In this document: one piece after another, positions 58,638 to 64,000 of the stretch
Layout of the letters: every line of letters begins with the position of its first letter
Position numbering within the stretch: position 1 is the first letter of the stretch
Assembly: GCA_965112735.1 (NCBI GenBank)
Contig: OZ218950.1
Location: forward strand, 3,844,001 to 3,908,000
Reading direction: 5' to 3'
Source of the DNA: Phaeosaccion multiseriatum
Taxonomy: Eukaryota; Protista; Ochrophyta, other classes
Length of the DNA stretch: 64,000 nt
Made by a program: the position numbers and the translations under genes
The notes under the pieces: generated by a model
The model's input: only the letters and a program-made list of their open reading frames with translations
Databases searched by the model: none
Told to the model about the DNA's origin: nothing

Positions 58638-59693
58638 ATGAAGGTGCGCGAGGTGGCCTTCTGCTCCCTCGGCACCGCCGCGGCCGCAAGTGGAGTTTAT
58701 TCATATCTTTCTTTCCGCAGATTTCGTCGTCGGCTGGTGCAAAGCGCGTTGATTAGGAATACCACAGAGAATGAGGAGGATACTTACGAGAGTGGAGCTT
58801 TCGTGAAGCTGGAAGGAGAGGCTGGAGCGAAGACGCCATTAAAGACACCGAAGAACGGGCAGGACTGTGTGAGATGGGAGCAAGTGACTCTCCGCGTAGT
58901 CGATCAGCAGACCGAGGAGCGCACGAGAACAACCACTGGGAGGCTCGGAGGCTTACTGAGCTTTGTTGGGTTGTGGCCGCTTCGGTACATCGCTGGGCTT
59001 GTATCTCACTCGGACTCCACGAAGCGAGAATCCTGGGCAATGCAGGAAGACGTGGTGGCCAAGAACGAGGCGGCGTCTGAGCTGCTAGTGTACAGGAGGG
59101 GGGACGGAAGAGACTTGCCTCCCATACGGGTAGACTGCACTGGGGCGGAGTTTTTCGAACTCCAAGTCACCCACGAAGCCTTCCAGCCCGCTGGGGGCGA
59201 GGCTGTGACAGGGACGTCAAAAGCCCCAATGTCCAGGGCCTATTCGAACGCCAAGTCTACCCGCACACTCCTAGGCTACAAAACCATCGAACGGGCTCTC
59301 CTCCTGGACAAGCCAGTGCTGGTGTTCGGGGAAGTGAGTGTGGTTGGTGGCAGCAAGACGAGAGGAGGAGGAGAAGGCGCCACGGATGGCGGGCATGTCA
59401 ACGCTGCTGCAAGTGGGGCCGATGCTGTGCCCCGCGAGAGAGCAGGCGGGAGCGACATATTGATCCACAAGCCTCGCCCCAACAGCATTTTCGACCTCAA
59501 GACTTCGCAAATCAACAGGCCCTTTGTGGTCACCACTATGAGCGAGGCGGCACTGCTGGACGAGATCGAGAGATCCGGGCGGTGGCAGCTGTGGTGGGGG
59601 GCGGCGTCTCTCGGCCTCACGTGTGTGCTGGTCGCCGGGTGTTTACATGTGTATGTGGGGGGCCAGGAGGGCAGCGCCAAGGTCGCGAAGTGA
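58638..59693 (+). CDS. GIDE-domain (MUL1/SP1-like) protein with two TM segments, lacking the RING finger
   Basis: N-terminal TM; FVKLEGEAGAKTPL..CVRWEQ; GYKTIERALLLDKPVLVFGEV; IHKP; PFVVTTMSEAALLDEI; C-terminal TM, then stop with no C3HC4. Confidence 0.75.
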   Translation: MKVREVAFCSLGTAAAASGVYSYLSFRRFRRRLVQSALIRNTTENEEDTYESGAFVKLEGEAGAKTPLKTPKNGQDCVRWEQVTLRVVDQQTEERTRTTTGRLGGLLSFVGLWPLRYIAGLVSHSDSTKRESWAMQEDVVAKNEAASELLVYRRGDGRDLPPIRVDCTGAEFFELQVTHEAFQPAGGEAVTGTSKAPMSRAYSNAKSTRTLLGYKTIERALLLDKPVLVFGEVSVVGGSKTRGGGEGATDGGHVNAAASGADAVPRERAGGSDILIHKPRPNSIFDLKTSQINRPFVVTTMSEAALLDEIERSGRWQLWWGAASLGLTCVLVAGCLHVYVGGQEGSAKVAK

Positions 59694-59901
59694 GCAGCCC
59701 GCCAGCCTCTCCTATGATTCTATGATCCCATTCCGGCAGTCGATTTACTGGTCCAATTCCACATCAACCCACACTATCCCTACTTGCGTCCTAGACGCCC
59801 TTGAACTTCTCGGTCTCTCGCGGCATGATTTTTCCACCAGACCCCGCTGATGAGGTCGGTCGGTCTGGACAAGATTACAGTGTGCGCGGGGGAAAATTAG
59901 G

Positions 59902-59972
59902 AATCAGGCCGGCTGGCGCCATATAATCAGTAATCAGGCCGGCTGGCGTCATAATCAGTTATTAGGCCGCCG
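59902..59972. repeat. 2-3 x ~29-bp tandem repeat AATCAGGCCGGCTGGCG(C/T)CAT(AT)AATCAGT upstream of MBF1
   Basis: Seen directly; the core GCCGGCTGGCGCC is the reverse complement of the MITE internal motif GGCGCCAGCCGGC. Confidence 0.8.
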
Positions 59973-60118
59973 AATGAGGAAGGTGGTCGAAGGGGGGGAA
60001 AAGAAAAAATTTCGAGAACCGATCCGCGCCCCCCTGGGGATTTCTTGCCTTACTCCCCTGCTGCACGACAACAAACAAACGCAAAGGTAGAACAGATAAT
60101 AGACGCAGATAATACACC

Positions 60119-61002
60119 ATGGACTCGCAGGACTGGAACACGGTGACCCTCAGCAAGGGGCGGCCCTCAGCTGCGACAAAGGGGCAGAAAAATCAGGTAA
60201 TAAAGGAAGATCGGGGGAGAAACGGGAAGGGTTGGGAGAGAGCGGAGGGAAAGCCAGGAAAGCGCAAAGAGCAGGCGGTGGCGCAAGGTTACTCTATAGT
60301 GGTGACTGTCCCCTTTTTCGAGTTTGTCGATGGGAGGAGGACTGAGACGGAGGATTTCACGTCTACGGTCGGGAGCGAAAGCGGGAGACCCGAGGTTGCA
60401 TGGACAGAGAGCTCCGCCCGCATAGCAGTGGGAAGGAATTAGGCGCGCTAACCCACTCTGTCCATGATCCCTCAGGCCATTAACGCAGCGAAGCGCAGCG
60501 GGGGGGCAGGGGTGTCGACGGAGCGAAAGTTCGCGTCCGGGGAGAACAAGTCCAGCCACAGCGCAGCCGGCATTTCCAATGCGCGAAAGCTGGAGGAGAG
60601 TGAAGAGCTCAAGCACAACAAGGTCGACAAGGCTCTGTCCAAGGCCATTCAGCAGGCCAGGCTAGGGAAGAAGATGAGTCAGAAGGATCTGGCCACGGCC
60701 ATTAATGAGAAGCCGCAGATTGTGGGGGAGTACGAGTCTGGGAAAGGTAAGAGAGAGAGGAAAGAGCATAGAGCATCATCGGGGATTCGGTTACAGCAGG
60801 CAGTTCCAAAGAGATGGGGGAGAGGGGGACCCAGGAGGACCACCGCCGTTCCTTTAACACTCTCCCTGTTCTGCTTTTCCCTCTTGTGTTACCCTCCGCC
60901 CCTTCTTGCATGGCAGCCATCCCCAACGGGCAGATCATAGTCAAGCTAGAGAGGGCGCTCGGCGTGCGGCTGCCGCGCGCTCCCAAGGGCCCCAAGAAGT
61001 AA
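60119..61002 (+). CDS. MBF1: Multiprotein bridging factor 1 (EDF1), 3 exons
   Basis: MDSQDWNTVTL...|AINAAKR..STERKF...KLEE...KAIQQARLGKKMSQKDLATAINEKPQIVGEYESGK|AIPNGQIIVKLERALGVRL. Confidence 0.96.
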
Positions 61003-61084
61003 GCCTTGACTCTGCCACCTATCTGCTGTATATACACAAAAGAATGCATGGAGCTTCGTCTCCTATCTCTTGCTTAAGTACGTT

Positions 61085-61162
61085 TGATACGGACAGCCGT
61101 GGTGTAAGAAGCGGAGCTGACGGCTGATACGGACGGCCTTGGTGTGAAGAAGCGGAGCTGAC
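61085..61162. repeat. 2 x ~40-bp tandem repeat in the MBF1 3' region
   Basis: TGATACGGAC(A/G)GCC(G/T)TGGTGT(G)AAGAAGCGGAGCTGAC twice. Confidence 0.85.
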
Positions 61163-61590
61163 AGGTGCTCTCAACCCGCCAGCGACGTCGGGCGAGGAGA
61201 GCGAGAGAGAGAGACTGTGTAGGATCTCCCTTAAGTCAGGGCTCGCATGACCGACGACATGCGTGCAAGAAAGGAAGCTCATGGGGAAGGGGATGGTGAG
61301 AAGGACAAAGATGAGTGCGTGCAACGAGGACAACGAGCCTGGCATTGTGCTGCATAGAGGATCTGCTGCGCCAACTCGTGCGCCCATGTCTCGGAAGAGA
61401 GCAGAGGATGGGGGAGGGACAGCTGAACAGCGCTCCAGCGGAGCTCTTTCTACTCGTCCCACCCAAGCTTGCTCTAAAATGGAAGTATTTTTGTATAAAT
61501 TATGTCTCAAGGTGTTGGCTTATTGAAGCCCTACCTCCGTTCCTTTATGATTTAAATCGTCTCTCTTCTCTCTCCTGCCCATGCTTAAAA

Positions 61591-61794
61591 TTAAAATATC
61601 TTAAAGTGGGAATCAATCTCGTTCCACCCATACTTCTCGAAGATGGCTCGAGAGGCCTTCTTCTTGTCCTTCTTCCGCTTCTGGCGACTGGGCAGGGGGC
61701 CCTCCCCGACTGTGCCTCCTCCTTCCTCCTCCTGGCCCTCCTCGACATCGCCTCCCTCCCCGTCACCAGCAGCAGCAACAGTGGTGGTGGTGGT

Positions 61795-61833
<39 letters not shown>

Positions 61834-64000
61834 TTTCGCAGCCTTCGCTGTGGCCGCAAGTTTCGCCAGTCTCGCTGCCTCTTCTTCTTGCCGCTTCTTC
61901 CGAGCTGCTTCTCCCTCCTTCCACGCCTCACTAATGGTGGGGAGGAAGCTAATAATGTACTCCCTCTTGTTCTGGATATAACCCTCATCCCAGCGCATGT
62001 CTCGAAGGTCCTGAAGCAACGTCTTGGCGTCGAGCAGCGTCAATCCCCAGTCGCCACCCCCACCCCCAGCCACACGGGCAGTGGCAACAGGGGAAATGCC
62101 ATGAACCATAGAGGCTCTCTTGTCGGACAGATGACTGCAGCACTCCTTCAGGAGCCGATTCACGAGCTCCTCATCGGGCTGGATGTTAAAGTCCTTCCGC
62201 ATCTCCCTGTAGAGCTCCATAATCAACGCCCCCGGCCTGATGGCACCAAGCCCACCCACCCCCCCACCACCAACTCCACCACCACCACCACCAGCAGCAG
62301 CAGCAGCCCCAGCAGCACCAGCAGCACCAGCAGCACCACCATCACCACCACCACCACCATAGCTCTGCTCCCCCTCAGTGGGGTTTCCGCAGAGCTTCAC
62401 CAGACCGGTAATGACAGTAGAGAAGGAGATCAAGTCCGGCCGCAGCAGCATGAACCTCCCTCGCGCCTTTGGATTGGGCGTAGCGCTGCGCCGCCCGTTG
62501 CCCCAAAACGTTCGCTGCGTCACCTCCTCCAAGGTCGCCACTGCTAGCATCGTTTGTCGGTTCCGGACACAGGCATCAAGGTAGCAGTTAAGAGTGGCTA
62601 CATCGGGCCACCCATCAGGCTCTGTGAGCATGTGCTCAAAGACTCGCTGCGCGGAGGCAAATTCCCCACTCCTGCCATAGCCTTTGATAAGGATAGAAGA
62701 CGTCATCCTGGTCGGCTTCACGCCCCAGCTGTGGAGTCGTCATTCATTCGATAGGGACAGGGAGGGAGGGAGGGAGTGAGTGAGGGAGTGGAAGAAGGAG
62801 CAAAATGAGGCGAGTGTCATTCATGGAAGGGGGATAGGCTTGTGAGCATGACACGCTCGTCTCCAGAAGGCAACAACGAACAGCAACGCGTGTCTGAATG
62901 AAGCACAACTACGCCCCCGCTGCAACCCCTGGCAGGCAGGCAGCCCACCGCCCCCATCCCCCCACACACACACCCAACCCACACAAACACACAAAAACCC
63001 ACCTGAGCATTGTGTCGTACAGTTTCTCTGCCTCCCTCATACGCGGGGACGGTCTCTCATCCACCATGGCGTCTATCAGCATGTTCATCGTCACCACATC
63101 AGGCTGCACCTTCTTCCGCCGCATCGTGCGCAGCAGCCCTAGAGCTTCATACAAGGCATCCCCCTGCACCATGCGTGCCCTCGCCTCCTCCTGCTTGTCT
63201 TCCCTCAATCCCGCGGCCTGCGCTGCTGCAGCTGTAGCTGGTGCACCCTCTTCCTCCTCGTCCTCCTCGTACTCGTCCACGTCCTCGTCGTCGTCTTCTT
63301 CCGCCTTTCTCTCCCTGCCCCTGCCTTTCCCTGGCAGTCTCCTCTTGGAAAACCGCACTGCATCGCACAGTCCCAGGAGCACTGTGTTATATACAACGAC
63401 ATCGGGGGTCAGATGCGGCGAAGTCTCCGCCTTGAGCTCCAGACCACGGAGCAATTTCTGTGCCAAATCCATCTTCCCGGCCTTGACACAGGCCTTGATG
63501 AGCGCCGTGAAGGTGACAAGGTTGGGGGGAACGCCTGCGCTCTCCATCTGTCGCAGCACCACAAAGGACTGAGTGATGCTGCCGGCGTTGGCAAAGCCGC
63601 TCAGCACACTGGTGAAGGCCTCCACGGGGGGTGGGCGCCGCTCTCTTGACTTTGACTTTGAAATCTGCTGCCCCTTTCCTTCCCGTCCCTTCTCCAGCTC
63701 CTCGCCCCCCCCTCCCCATTCCTTCAGAAGCTCATAGGCCCGGTCGAAGTCCCCCGCCCGCACGCAAGCATCCACCAGTGTGTTTAGAGTAACGTCGTTC
63801 GCCTCGCACCCCATGGCTTCCATACCGTCCATGACCGCAAATGCTTTCTTGAGCTGACCGCTGCGCACCAGACCTTTGATGATGGTGTTATAGCTCCTCT
63901 CATTCGGCCTGACTCCGGCCATCGACCCCTTGCCAACTCGACTACTCCCCTCAGTTCCTCCCGCACCCGCCCGGGTGGACTCTATGGACTGCTCCATTCC
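61591..64000 (-). CDS. Pentatricopeptide-repeat (PPR) protein, 5' part outside the window
   Basis: PNERSYNTIIKGLVRSG, ANDVTLNTLVDACVRAG, PNLVTFTALIKACVKAG, PDVVVYNTVL, PDVATLNCYLDAC, PDLISFSTVITG. Intron ~62730-63002. Confidence 0.93.

Overview
Gene-dense, GC-rich eukaryotic nuclear DNA with spliceosomal introns. It is most likely from a photosynthetic stramenopile (ochrophyte), inferred from a bipartite signal+F plastid-targeting leader, an intron-containing mitochondrial-type MinC and a CRE-like LINE fragment. About 19 protein genes can be reconstructed by eye. In order: a PH-domain protein, a degenerate HAD-like protein, an Sfi1-like coiled-coil protein, PRMT5, a plastid rubredoxin-domain protein, an unknown coiled-coil protein, a membrane-anchored arylsulfatase, a 7xDOMON-cytochrome b561, a divergent Rab2, MinC, Nup88, two weak unknown ORFs, ABITRAM/Simiate, RAMP4/SERP1, a ~2,650-aa multidomain scaffold, a RING-less GIDE/MUL1-like protein, MBF1 and a PPR protein. 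The non-coding DNA holds a TIR/TSD-bounded MITE family with an internal ~31-bp repeat, a truncated RLE-type retrotransposon with an (AC)n tail, exon-intron tandem duplications and many microsatellites. The most notable signals are three: (1) many introns carry mutually complementary simple repeats at their two ends, suggesting RNA-structure-based intron definition; (2) the giant scaffold has ATP-grasp-like, receiver and alpha/beta-hydrolase modules, the latter two lacking catalytic residues, plus 6 IQ, SAM and ankyrin; (3) the DOMON haem array was recently expanded. All exon coordinates were read manually and may be off by a few bases. No database searches were run.
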